Positions 13,801-26,279 of a stretch of 64,000 bases of DNA are shown here, piece after piece (position 1 is the stretch's first letter; every line of letters begins with the position of its first letter). The position numbers and the translations under genes were made by a program. The notes under the pieces are model-generated. The model had not been told where the DNA came from and searched no databases. It worked only from the letters and a program-made list of their open reading frames with translations. The stretch lies in the NCBI RefSeq assembly GCF_036971445.1, contig NC_091474.1, forward strand, positions 77,748,001-77,812,000, written 5' to 3'. This stretch comes from Narcine bancroftii. Lineage: Eukaryota.

Positions 13801-16800
13801 AAAATGTTTTGCCGCTGATTTTCCTTTGTACTCAGCATCTGATGCCTCTCGTGTCAGTGTCCAACAATAGTCAGCCAGCATTGATGGATTCCAGAGCCCT
13901 TGATACCGCTTTTCCATGGTGGCAATGTCCTAGTGAAACCTTTCACCGTGTTCGTCATTGACTGCTCCAGGATCAGCAGGGAAGAAGGACAAATGCAGAA
14001 AATTAATTTTCAATGACATGTTGAACTTCATGGTTTTGTATGCTTGAAGCAGACTTAAAATATGACAGGAAATCACAAAAAATGGTTATATCTACAATAA
14101 ATTTTAGGTGATTTTTGTGATCAGAAATCCAAGATCCATAAAATGCACCTAAAAGTGTTCAGGAAGCAAGTTGTTCATTGTCCAGTGTAACCTCCATCTT
14201 TATTGGTTCCGCTAAATGGCAATTGGCTTCAAGGAGCCCAATTGTCTCACAATCCGAATCACAGCATATTTTGCATTTTCTTCTTTCCAAAAGGACATAA
14301 AGTCAATAACCTGACAGAACTTGTTCTGAATAAGGCACAGAAAGACCTGAGAGTGCTGACAAACAAAGGGCAGGAGATCATAACAGATATGGTTATCTGT
14401 TGTACTGGATTAAAGATTAATTCTTCAGCGTACGCCAATGCCCTTCGTAAGTTCTAATTCCAATGTGTAATCATTTGTATAAGATCTGATAATGTCTCTG
14501 TAGCACAGTCTGTCTTGATCTCTGTTTTGTGGTGATGCAAACATCCCTTTCATTTGCAAAGCTTTGGCTGTCTAATACTGTTTGACTAAAGAATCTTAGC
14601 TCCAAAACACGTGAGGAATTGCTCCATCAAAATCTCTGCAGCTCTGAAGTATGAAAAGTAACTTTGCGAAATATTCATGATTTATCTCCAGAACAATTTC
14701 ATCTGTGTATATTTTCTGTGTTTAAAATAAAAATTTACACGGGTGATATGGAAAACACGTGATTTGTGGGCCAACAAACAGGTGGAAATGTCAACTATTA
14801 CACGAGTATATATGGTACTGTCTTACTGCAAGTGTTTTTATGAATGGTACAGCTGTGGGGGTCATTTGAATTTGACTGCTCTTTGGTCTGTTAACCCACA
14901 GCTTTCCTGAACCATCAAGTAACTTTTCCCATTGCTGCCCAGAGGATTTGACACAAGGTACAGCCATTGAGGACAGGCACCAACTCCCTGAAGAGCTGGG
15001 AAGTTCTCCAGGGTGCAGGCCAACACAGAACTCAACCAACATCATGAACAGAGATTAAATGGCGATTACTCTCTCTGCTTGACCATTGTGCTTTCCTGTA
15101 CTTTTCTAACTCTTCAATAGTGTTCCATTGGTTTAAATATCATAAGGGCAATAGCATATCTAATGTTAGTGTCTCTTAGACAACATCCTGAATAACCTAG
15201 GTAAAAACCAAACAACTGTCACTGAACATCAAAAAATGACTTTCCTGGGTCACACCTAAATTACTCAAAAAACAAAATAGATACTAACTGTGTCTCAAAC
15301 AAATTAAACCGTACACATTGAGTCATTAGAATAGAACAGGGTTGAAGAAGAGTACATTGTGTGACCTCTTTCTTTTTAACAGAAAGTACCCTCACCGAAC
15401 ATGATGAAATAATAGTCGACGAACATCTGAACGTCAGGGGAATGAAGGCTGTTTTCGCGATCGGAGACTGCGCACATGTGAACGAACATAAATCAGCTTA
15501 CACTGCTGAGTTCCAAGCAATGACATGTGTGAAAAATATCATCCACAGCCTTAAACATGAACCTATGGAACTATACAAACCAGGTAGATATGCTGGAAAC
15601 TCACTCCAGAAGGTCAAGGTCATCTGTCATTTATGCTGCCTCAGTCACATGATATTTCAAAGGGCTATCAATGGGGAACTGAAAGTTATTCTGAACCTGC
15701 ATTGAACCTTAGACAATGCTTGGGTGAATGCATAAAATTCTAGTTGTCATATTAAATTTAATTTAGACAAACCGCACAGTATCAAGCCCATGTCGCCTGA
15801 TTACACCAAATTGTCCAACTCCCCTGATTAGTTTTTTTTTTGGAAGGGTGGAGCAAACAGGAGCACCCTGGAGAAAACCCATACAGACATGGGGAGAATG
15901 AACAAATTCCTTACAGACAGCGCCGGATTCGAACCTTAGGTCACTGACGCTGCAACAGCGTTGCGCTAACCACTACACTTATCATGCCACTCTTTATTGT
16001 TCAATGTGGGGAGCATTTGGGGACTGAGAAAACGAGAGAAGATTTAAAGAATGCATCTGAAATGCAAGGGAATATAGGTCAGGAATGGATGAACAGTGAG
16101 CTCGTAGAGTAAAAGAAGGCAGAGGATCTTTAAATTGAAGAAGGGTTTTGACAGAGTAGATACAAGCAGGAATGAGCATAATTCAAGATTAGAGTCTCCA
16201 CCAAATACACTGGAACAATTTCAGAATGAAATGATTAATTTTAGGGTGACAAGGTTAGCATAACACTGTTACAGGACCAGCGACCATGTCCATATGGCTT
16301 TCCTTCGGGTGTTCTCGTTTCTTCCCATCTTCAAAAAGAAACTAATCAGGGGAGTCGAACAATTTGGTGTAATCAGGTGACATGGGCCTTGTGGGCATGA
16401 TACTGTGCGGTATGTCTAAATTTTAATTTAGAATGGGGTCACAGAGCTACAGTTCTTAGAGTCATTGCCTCAAAGTGCTAGTGACTTGATTTACTCCTGA
16501 CCTCAGATGCTGTCTGGGTGAGTTTGGATGTTCTCTTTGTGTTGCCTCCTGGCACGACAGTTCCCTCCCCCACTCCAAAGATGTGTGGGTTGTTCAGTGA
16601 ATTGGCTGCTGTATGTTGGCTCCAACATATATATTGAATTTGCAGGGCGTTGATGAGAACATGCAGAGAATTAAAATAATAAAATTAAGGTAAGATTTGT
16701 GCAAATTGGAGTTGATAGTAAACAACAAGGAGGATGTAGTTTGACAGAAGGATAACAATCAACATTTTCATTTCCAAACAAGCACCCCTCCCAAGACAAT

Positions 16801-18469
16801 TAGATATCTTATCATACGTTCTGTGATAAAGAATATTAAAGTATTAAGTTCCAAAAGAATACATTTGAATAGACATTGGACTTAATCCAACTCAATCATT
16901 GTGCATACCTCCTGTACTTTTTACATATCAATGACACGTGTTCCATCATGACCTCTGCGGAATTTATGAGTTCTGCCTTCAAGCACAATGCCTTTACAGC
17001 ACCAGTGATCGGCACCGGAACCAGGTTCGAACCCCGCGCTGTTTGTAACGAGTTTGTACGTTCTCCCCGTGTCTGCGCGGATTTTCTCCGGGGGTTCTGG
17101 TCTCCTCCCACCCTTCAAAAACCTGTAGGTTAATGGGGTGTAATTTGGGAGCCACAGACTGATTGGGCTAAAATGGCCTTATTACAGTGCTGTACATTCT
17201 AATTTTAAAATTTAAACAATCTTCCCAAATTTCAGTGACATGCAGGTGGATTAATTAGCTACTGCAAACTGCCCCCAGTGTAAGTGAGTGGCAGGGAGAG
17301 TTGATGTGCTCAGAAACATTCACAGGAAATAAGTGGAAAAATGAAATCATTCCAAAACCCTGAGAGCTGGCAGAGAGGATGGACCAAATGTTCTGTTGTT
17401 ACATCACATGAAAATGTCCGGCAGGGCTGGCCAAATCTTTTTGGTTGTGGCCTACACACAGTAAAATGTAAGGAGTCGCAGGCCAAACAATATTAAGACC
17501 GGCAGTTTTCAACCAGTTACACTGCAAGAAAAAGTGTTTTGAAACCAGTAAACTCCTGTGCCATGGAAAATTAATTTTCCATCAAAATAATTATACAAGT
17601 CCACTGAACAGTTTAACTGTTGACATTGATGTGCTCACATATTACAGGAGGCATTTCTGTATCTGCTGCTCTTAAATTTAATTTAGACTACAATAAAACT
17701 CTTTAAAAAAAAATCTCCAGTGAATACAGTTCATGGCCCAAGAGTCCACCTTAAGGATTATGATGCAATGAGTAAATTTGTTGATATTAAAGATAAGCAA
17801 TTAAAGTTAACAGATTCCTTGCAAATCAAACAAACTCACTTCCCTTTGACTTCTATGAAAAAGTATTCCACCTTGCTATTTCACGTCTTTTTTGTTCAAC
17901 TGAGGTAAACGTTTCATCAATAAGTAACATTGCAATGGTTGGTGTTGCACCTGTATTGTTCAAAATGGCAGTGGCATCTAGTGTTGAAACTAAGAAGTGC
18001 AATGTTAGAGACTATGCTCCAAAGAGGCAGCTTCCATTTTATTTTTTAAAACTCACCCTTAGGCCACTTACAAATGGGCAACGGGCCATAGTTGGCCCAG
18101 GAGCCTTAGTTTGACCTTCCCTGATGTAGGGCATCCAGTACAGTTTATCCCATTTAAACTTTCTGCATCGAAACCCCTGCACTTCATCTTCCATCCATGA
18201 TTTTGCTCAAGTCCTAGCTACCTGTGGATATAGAACACTAAAAAGAATTGGACTGATCTAAGTCACTCATTTCCTGATCTTGTTGACTGATGTTGTGCAC
18301 TGCTCTGATTGTAGGTGCTCCTTACATGATGGTGACAATGGGCCGGAATGACGGGGTTGGTCAGATGTGTGGATGCAATGTTGGGAAGTTCATTGTGACT
18401 TACGTCAAGAGCAAGGACCTCCTGGTTAAGACAAGCTGGAAAAAAATGGGCCAAAGGATGCCAAACTGA
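4719..18469 (+). CDS. AIFM2: AIFM2/FSP1-like NAD(P)H:quinone oxidoreductase, divergent tandem paralog A (8 coding exons, 373 aa)
   Basis: Exons 4719-4893, 6504-6619, 6723-6842, 8972-9064, 12375-12483, 14294-14446, 15383-15583, 18315-18469; all GT-AG; total 1122 nt in frame with no internal stop. Motifs: MGGKLS myristoylation start, [34 protein letters not shown]. Confidence 0.95.
6504..6619 (+). CDS. AIFM2: AIFM2 paralog A coding exon 2 (FAKKTFISY...ENGE)
   Basis: ttag|GG...GAG|gtaa, 116 nt. Confidence 0.95.
6723..6842 (+). CDS. AIFM2: AIFM2 paralog A coding exon 3 ([20 protein letters not shown]...)
   Basis: aag|GTC...GAG|gtaat, 120 nt. Confidence 0.95.
8972..9064 (+). CDS. AIFM2: AIFM2 paralog A coding exon 4 ([31 protein letters not shown])
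   Basis: tag|ATT...AAG|gtaac, 93 nt, NAD(P)H-binding GxGxxG. Confidence 0.95.
9235..9790 (-). mobile_element. CR1-clade LINE 3' fragment
   Basis: [18 protein letters not shown]...[19 protein letters not shown] is the CR1 ORF2 C-terminus. Related pieces at about 3420-3590, 5060-5480, 6060-6480, 19160-19510, 25630-25910 (QGSVLGP), 44460-44810. Confidence 0.85.
11790..12350 (+). mobile_element. Rex1/Babar-like LINE 3' fragment
   Basis: [36 protein letters not shown]; tail caataaattctgatt. Confidence 0.75.
12375..12483 (+). CDS. AIFM2: AIFM2 paralog A coding exon 5 ([20 protein letters not shown]...)
   Basis: ccag|GTA...CTAG|gtaat, 109 nt. Confidence 0.95.
13601..14187 (-). mobile_element. Internally deleted DNA transposon, probably CMC-Chapaev3 type
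   Basis: TIRs cactgaacaa / ttgtccagtg, TAA TSD; - strand remnant [43 protein letters not shown]. Confidence 0.7.
14294..14446 (+). CDS. AIFM2: AIFM2 paralog A coding exon 6 (HKVNNL...[17 protein letters not shown])
   Basis: aag|GA...C|gtaagt, 153 nt. Confidence 0.95.
15383..15583 (+). CDS. AIFM2: AIFM2 paralog A coding exon 7 (STLTEHD...FAIGDCA...YKPG)
   Basis: acag|AA...CAG|gtaga, 201 nt. Confidence 0.95.
17422..18123. mobile_element. hAT-Charlie-like non-autonomous element
   Basis: Ends cagggctggccaaa / tttgaccttccctg; degenerate 8-bp TSD atgtccgg / atgtaggg. Confidence 0.6.
18315..18469 (+). CDS. AIFM2: AIFM2 paralog A last coding exon ([16 protein letters not shown]...MGQRMPN*)
   Basis: gtag|GT, TGA at 18467-18469; AATAAA at 18596. 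Confidence 0.93.
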
Positions 18470-19519
18470 TGAAGTTCAATTCCTACATTATATAAATATA
18501 TTTCCCCTTTCTTGGGAGAACCAGTACCTCATGTTTATATACCTTTTCTCCCCCCTAAATCCTTCTAATTACTATATATAAAGTTTGTGTTGTATAATAA
18601 AGGCCAAGGATATTTGGGCCAGAGCGTGCAGACATAAATCCATGCTTAATTAAAAACTTTTGATCTTGTCCGACTTTTAGATTTTATATGTTCTATAATT
18701 TAAATCACTTTGGAAGGCAGAATGGAGTTGGTTGGAGCAGAAGAATTTGTTCACACAGATTGAAAGCAGATGCTCAACACTGACGCTGCTGGGCTTTGTA
18801 TTTTAAGTGTGGACACTTAATTGGATTACAGGAGAAATGGCAAAAGGAGATCACATGAATAAAGATGTTGTGGACAAGAAATGCATCGAGGTTTGACTTT
18901 TTCTTTAATGTAGCATTATAGATGGAAACGCAGCAACGTGCACTGGAGACATATTTATTCCACTGACATCCCTTTCACAATGTCTCATAATACATGCAGC
19001 CACTAACATCAGTATTGTAGAGGAGGAAATTCATCAGCTAATCTGCGCACAGTAAGTTCCCTCAAACAGCAATGTGCTACAACCAAATCTGATACTGGAA
19101 TGTCAAAAGGGGGTTATTGTTACAAGGAGACTGAGTTTGCTTCCTGGTTCTGAGAACTTAGAATCAAAAAAAATTACAGGAGAGAAAAGAGGCCTTTTGA
19201 CCCTTCTAATCTGGCCAAACTATTATTTTGCCTAGTCCCACTGACTTGCACTCAGTCCATAGCCCTCGACACTTCTCCCATCCATGCACCTCACCACTCT
19301 CTGTGTGAAGAAGATTCCCCCAATGTTTCCCCTTAAACTTCTCCCCTTTCACTCTTAATGCCATGTCCTCTGGTTTGTATCTCACCAACCCTTAGTGGAA
19401 AAAAGCCTACTTGCATTTACTCTGTCTATACCCATCATAATTTTGTAAACCTCCATCAAACCTCCCCTCATTCTTTTAAGCTCTTGGAAATAAAGTCCTA
19501 ACCGGTATAACCGTTTAAC

Positions 19520-20000
19520 TGGAGATCGCTTTCTTGAGCACCTCCGCTCTGTCTGCTGCAATAGCGTGGCCACCCATTTTAATTCTCCATCTCATTCCCT
19601 TGTCGACATGTCTGACCATGGTCTCAGCTTCAGCCAGACTGAGACCACCTGTCAATTAGAGGAACAACATCTTGTCTTCTGACTGGGCATCCTCCAACCA
19701 GATAGCATTAATATCGACTGCTCTGGTTTTCATTAAAAAAAAATTCCCAACCCCTTGCTTCCCCCATTGTCTGTCTCCTTTCACACAGACATGATAAATT
19801 CCATCTAGTCCCTTATCACATCCAATTAACACCTTTTGTTGGTCTGGATTCCTCCCCTATCGATTGACTCTCCTGGTTCTGCCTTTTCTGATTTTTCCTT
19901 GAAGAAGGGCTCAGGCCTGAAACGTCAACAATGTATGTTTGTCTCCTATAGATGTAGAATAGACCAGCTGAGGTCCTCCAGCATTTCGGAGTTTTTAATA
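19520..20000 (+). mobile_element. Penelope-like retroelement 3' end (GIY-YIG C-terminal region and pLTR)
   Basis: GDRFLEHLRSV...VATHFNSPSHS...LEEQHLVF.LG.LQPD.INID, followed by ttgaagaagggctcaggcctgaaacgtc; similar copy at about 59135-59530. Confidence 0.7.
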
Positions 20001-23000
20001 ACTTTACCCAGTAACTCAGTTCTTCAATATCGTAGTAAATCATCTCTGTATTGTTTCACTGTTGTTGATAGCCTTCCTGTAGTTTGGTGACCTAAACAGT
20101 ACACAATGCTCAAAATATGGGCTCACCAATGTTCTTCTATGAGATAGTTCCTTGGGATCTTTTACCTTGATAGGTGAGAGTAGGTGGGCACGAAATGTAC
20201 GATGTGACCCTGGTGTAATAGAAACCTACTATAAAATATTTAGGTTTGAATTTGGTTGGGACCAGATTAGCTTAGTATTTTACCTATGGCATTATGTGCC
20301 TCATTTGGGGTACAAATCAAACCCAACGAAACAGAGTTCTCCGGTCCTCAATGCAAAACACACAGGCACACAACCAGACGCAACACACACACAGACAAAC
20401 AACACACACGAAAGACAAAGTATTCATTTCTATAAATTAATATTGTTTCATGAATATGAGAGTCTCAGATGGTTAACATTTGGTCATTCAGCATTCTCAT
20501 TGCCCGGGGGAAGAAGCCGTTCCTCAGCCTGGATGTGCTGTCTCTAATACTCCTTTATCTCTTCCCCAACAGGAGCAGTTGAAAGATGCTGTGCGCAGGG
20601 TGGAAGGGGTCCTCGATGATCTAGACAACGATCCTGGGAGATCACGTCGATAGGGGAGGGGGAGTGGAGAAGCGGAGGGAGACTCCAGTGATCCTCTCTG
20701 CCACTCTTCTGGTCCTGTAGATTGACCTCCATTCCATTTCTCTGCACATTGTGATGCAGCCGGCCAGGACGCTCTCTCTCTCGAGAGAGCTCCTGGAGAA
20801 GGTTGACATAATGGTAGCCAGTAGCCTTGCCCACTTCAGTCTTCTCAGGAAGTGCAGTCGCAATTGCACCTTCCTGACAAGTGAGGAGATGCTGTGTCCA
20901 TGATAAGTCACTAATTAAGTGAACTTCAAGGGGCATGGTGCTCTCCACTGCCTCCTCTACAGTTGTAGATGTGTAGTGGAGGGTGATCATTCCTGATCCA
21001 CTTGGTCCATGATCATCTACTTTGTCTTGGCCTCGTTGAGACCAGGTTGTTACCCTTGCACCATTTCATGAGACCTTCCACCTCTTCTCTCCCCCCAGTA
21101 AATTCTCTACCCTTGTCCTGTAATTATCTGTCTATAGTGGCTCATCCCTGCCTCCCATTTTCTTGAATAAATAAACCACATTTGTTGCTCTCCAGTTTTC
21201 TAACACTTTACTAGTGACCAATGAAAATATAAAACTCCCCCTCAGGGCTCAGCTATCTCCCCTCTTGCTTCCCGTACCAGTCTGGGTGACATCTCATCAG
21301 TCTCTGGGGATTACTTTTTTGTCTGCTCATTCTAGTGTGGAGGGTCATGTGGCCTCTCTGGAACCGAGTTGAAAGTCACCTCACCCCAATCAAGGTCAAT
21401 CCCCATCCACAGCCCTGGTGACTGGCCCCTTTAATTACCTCATCAGTACCTGGGCTGGGCTCTCCAGCTGATGGCATTATCAAGCCCACCATGTGTAAAC
21501 CATCTGACTTTTTTCTCTTCTGGGATGAACCCTAGCTCTACTCCAGGTTGTGAACCATGGATGATACTAGAGTCATCGGTAAGGTATGTGCTTAAGGGTT
21601 GGAAGCTGTGTATTGTGTGTCTAGTTTAGAGTGGTTAAGAGCTGTGCCTGCAGTATATCAAGGGGTGTTGGGCATTGCATATTGTAACTTGATTATAAAG
21701 CTTTATCTCGGAGTGGTTGTGGGTGTGTCATATAATCTGGTAAGTGTATGCATCTACTGAGACTCCCCTGCATACAAGTCTCATCTCTCCTGGGGCTTGT
21801 TGAACGTGTTTCTTCACACAATACACATCTACCGCCTCCACCATCTCAAAATGTTCTGTTTCTGCTACATCTTGCACAGATTTCAAATAGCTTTCTGGGT
21901 CCCAAAGCACAACAATTCAATGTGAAGGAGAAGCCTGGGAGATGACCCTCCAGGACGGTGTCCACAGCAGCAGACAGCTCAGTGGCTGAGGGACCCACGC
22001 AGGCTGTAGATGACTGGTGGTCGAAGGTTGTGGGACTGTTGGGAGACTGGCTCATAGGAACCAGGTATCAGAAAGGATGCTGAGAGCAAGAAGGGTTCCC
22101 TTGCAGAAGCACTGGAAGTAAATCTACAGATACTTAGTGACTCTGAAGGGACTCTCTGCTTTTGTTTTTCTTATTGTTGGGGGCGGCACGCTATGCTTGC
22201 AGTGATTCTTTGTCTGCCCTATGGCAGACAAAGGTTGAAATATGTCATGTATAATACATTTTTGATGTGACAAAAAAAATAATGGCCCTATCTCTCAGAT
22301 AAGCCTATTCCCTTTCTTGGTTCAGTCATAAGGTCTCTGAAAACAAACATCCCTGCTTGAGGTCCACCAGTTAAGTCCCATGACATACCAGTGCCCATTC
22401 TCCACACCCAGAAACACCTGAATTCCATTGTAGGATTAGCACACCTTTAGCTCTTGAATTCGCGGCAGCCTCTAAGGCGGATCCAGCGTTGCCTTTACGG
22501 AGAGCAGAGTTGGGAGCCGGCTTCCAGAGCTGAGGGAGGCGGGGTGAGTGGTGCCGTCCGTGCTGCCTGTCGTTGTGACATCAAACGTGCGTGGTGGGAA
22601 ATGAAAAATTAATAGAGACATTCCCTCCCGCCCAAAAGAACAAAGAAACTTTAGCCATCACTCAAAAGATCCTTTCGAGACAAATCGGTCACTATTGCCC
22701 TGCATCTGAACACAATGAGCGACCATGTCATCGCGCCCTCCCCTTTGCAAGCGCTTTCATTGGTATTCATTGAACGGAGGGGGTGGAGTGACCCCCCCCC
22801 CCCCTTCCCTTGATAAAGGGCTCAAGCCCGAAACGTTGGTGACGCATCTTCACCTTTGCTACATCAAGGCACTGTTTGACCTGCTGAGTTTCTCCAGCAT
22901 TTGTAGTTTTTGACTCCACCTTTAAGTGACCCCCCACCCACCCAGGCGGATGGAAGCTGGAGCGTATTCCAGCAGTCTGTCCGCCTTCGGACCTTTTATG

Positions 23001-23309
23001 GAGGGAAGTACAGCGATGGAGAATCAGTGTTTACATTCCCCATTAAAAAGGCCTGCAGAGAGCCATTTGGCCCATCATGTTTATGCTGTCTCTGAGAGCA
23101 CCCCCATCAATCCATTTCCCCAGCTTATTTGCCAGTTCTCTCTGATCTTAAATGAGGCTCTACTTCTCGTAATGATGAATACATGGTGGAGGAACTCAGC
23201 GGGTTTCACCCGAGTTTCTTCAGCACTGGGGGTTTTTTTAAACTTCAATCACAGTGTCTGCATTTTCTGATGAATAAATGACGCTGACTGTCTTGGTTAA
23301 AGGCAATTT

Positions 23310-23690
23310 GTAGCGATAATGAGCGGGCTTCGAAGAAGAAGTGCTGAAGTGAGCGCAGCCGCTGGCTGGGGGGAAGTGAGCGCAGCCGCTGGCTGGGGGG
23401 GGGGGAGACTGGGTTTCGACAGATGACGGTACCTTGGGGCGGGAGGAGGGGTTGGCGAAGCGCAGGGCGGTCGTGGCTCCGGGGCTGCTTTCCCTTCGCG
23501 TGTCAGGGTCCAGTTCGGCTTTCGGGCCGGGCCAGCAGCAGGGCTGTGTCTCCTCCACGGCGAGAGGCGGCAGGGGGCCCGGCTTCGTCCTGCAGCCGCC
23601 GGCGCGGAAACGAGTTGCGAGCGGGGCTGAGGGAGCTGCCGTCCGGCACGGTGAGTACAGGCTTCCACGGCACAAAAGGAAACAACGAGC
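23310..23690 (+). promoter_or_regulatory. CpG island / probable promoter and non-coding first exon of AIFM2 paralog B
   Basis: Dense CpG and GC content in an otherwise CpG-depleted window; consensus donor ACG|GTGAGT at 23650/23651; the first coding exon has an acceptor 7 nt before its ATG, which requires an upstream 5'UTR exon. Confidence 0.75.
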
Positions 23691-23743
23691 AGCTTTGGAA
23701 ATGCAGTCTTAAACACGGATTATTTTCATTCGCAACATACTTT

Positions 23744-24320
23744 GTGGCGGGGTGTGGGGTGGCGGGGTGTGGGGTGGTGGGGGTGTGGGGTGGTGGGGGT
23801 GTGGGGTGGTGGGGGTGTGGGGTGGTGGGGGTGTGGGGTGGTGGGGGTGTGGGGTGGTGGGGGTGTGGGGTGGTGGGGGTGTGGGGTGGTGGGGGTGTGG
23901 GGTGGTGGGGGTGTGGGGTGGTGGGGGTGTGGGGTGGTGGGGGTGTGGGGTGGTGGGGGTGTGGGGTGGTGGGGGTGTGGGGTGGTGGGGGTGTGGGGTG
24001 GTGGGGGTGTGGGGTGGTGGGGGTGTGGGGTGGTGGGGGTGTGGGGTGGTGGGGGTGTGGGGTGGTGGGGGGGTGGGGGGGTGGGGGGGTGGGGGGGTGG
24101 GGGGGTGGGGGTGTGGGGGGGTGGGGGTGTGGGGTGGTGGGGGTGTGGGGTGGTGGGGGTGTGGGGTGGTGGGGGTGTGGGGTGGTGGGGGTGTGGGGTG
24201 GTGGGGGTGTGGGGTGGTGGGGGTGTGGGGTGGTGGGGGTGTGGGGTGGTGGGGGTGTGGGGTGGTGGGGGTGTGGGGTGGTGGGGGTGGTGGGTGGTGG
24301 GGGTGGTGGGGGGGGGTGGA
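23744..24320. repeat. G-rich 16-bp minisatellite (GTGGGGTGGTGGGGGT)n, about 35 copies
   Basis: Directly visible tandem array. Confidence 0.95.
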
Positions 24321-26279
24321 GAGAGAACCAAACTCAGTAACTACTGTACCCAGCCACGGGACCCTGCAATTGTGTCCATGCCAGACAGGGAGAGTGGGTT
24401 CTTTTTCATTTCTAACATGGTAGAACTGGTTCCGGCCAATCTCTCCCAACTGACCGACAACCCCTCTCTGTCGCTCTCTCCTTCTCTTCCCCCCCCCCCC
24501 CCCCCCACGTTTTGAACGCTGGGAGGAAACCCACGCACAAACTCCTTGCAGACTGCACAGGATTCGAACCCGGGTCACTGGCGCTGGAACAGTGACATGT
24601 AAAACGGGGTCACAGGTTGTCAGGGAACCCAGTAAAACTTAGCCGGGCGTCCTGCTCCAGCGGTTTGAAAGGGGAACTGACTGACCTGATTACTCTAGTG
24701 ACATCAGCGCTTGCATCATAGGGAAACCCCCTGGCTGAAACCCCGCTATGGGGGGGGTTAAGAGAAGAGGTTGCTTCCAGAGGGGGTGCCATGATCAGGG
24801 GGAGAGAGGACGCTGCCATGGGAAGGAGGTGGAGGGGGGGGGTTAGAGGGGGCTTCTGTAGAAGGGATAGAGAATGGTGACTGATTGAGAGGGTGGCAAT
24901 TGACGGTGGGGGGAGAGACAGATTGCCAATAGTTCCTGTGAGCGTGTGACGCATCACTTACCACGTCATCGCAGGGGGCGGGATGCCCTTAAATCGCTGG
25001 GTTGGTGATTTAATGGATAGATTCCTCCTGCAATTTGAAAGGTGCTTTCAAAACCTTTGACCCAGTGGTTGCTCCTGGGTCCCAGGAGGGCTACCCAGAG
25101 GCTGCAGTTTAATCATTCTTAGTACAATAGCATGAGCTGGTTGGGTGGAATGGCTGCACATGGAAACAGGCCCTTCAGCCCCTCAAGTTGGTTGTGCTTC
25201 CCTGAGCTGGTACTGTTTGGTTTGATTCCCTTTGAACTGTTGCCATTCATTTACCTGTTAAAATGTTGTGATTATTCCTGAGTCCACCAGTTCCTCTTGC
25301 AGGTTGTTCTACCATCCTCTGAAGGAGGAAAAGTTGTCCCCTGGGTCCCCTTTAAATTTCTCCCTCATTGTAAACTAAAGCCCTCGAGTTTTACACCCTA
25401 CTCGTATCCCTGGCATCAGTTGACGTCGGCGTGCTGATAAAACTAGTGCAAAGGAACAGCAGAAATTCACCTGTTTCCAATTGAAGGTAGAACACTCTGA
25501 TCCCTGGGGATGAGTTGTGTCCCGGTTAAGGGTGGCCCAGTGGAAATGGCACAAAGAGCTTCTTATCCTGGGACACACACAACCAATTAACTGGGATGCC
25601 AGTGGAAAAGGGGCTCATGTTGTACAATGTTTGCAGGTATCTTGCATTTAATGCAAGTCCTGCCTAGTTGACCATCTCAAAATGCAACACCTCACACTTG
25701 CCTGAGTTAAGTTCTATCTACTATCTCTTGGCCCACTTCTCCAGTGGATCCAGATCTGATTTCATCTCCGACAACCTTCCTCACTTTCCTCCAAACTGCA
25801 ATTTGGATGCAATTGGCAAGCTTGCCAACCATGTCCTTGTCCAAATAGTCAATGAGATGATGAAGAATGGTGGACCCAGCACTGAGCCCTGAAAAAACCA
25901 CTGGCCCAATCTGAAATGCAACCTCTTGAAAATTGGAGGATTTCTTCCAGCTGCTAAAGGTGGTGTAATTAATTTGAGTTGATTTATCATGGTTCCAAGC
26001 TTCCAACATAAAATTGTGATTTAATCAACCTCATTTAAAAGTCACCCTGTGGAGAATGGGTCTGCTAAACATTTGTTTGGCTGAACAGCAGAATTTTGCC
26101 TGCAGCCAAGGTCGGAACCATTCCTGCAACATTCATGTAATTTAAGTGATTGAATAAAGACAGGTTTCTCTACTTTCTGGTGATGTGCTGATAGTTCCCA
26201 ATGGTTTATCTTCAAAACTAATCTTGTAACTAGTTAATGTTTCTATTTTTGACAACTCTAATCTCCTGCAGGAGACACT

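Noticed and set aside
4719-18469. Paralog A as a pseudogene or assembly duplicate of paralog B
   Set aside because: All exons are in frame with canonical splice sites, and both coding and intronic sequence differ substantially from paralog B
23270-23400. NRF2 antioxidant response element in the FSP1 promoter
   Set aside because: TGAC/TGAG half-sites are present but none fits TGA(C/G)nnnGC spacing
23423-24578. 200-305 aa Gly/Trp/Val- or Pro/His/Thr-rich ORFs
   Set aside because: Produced by the stop-free 16-bp G-rich repeat in all frames
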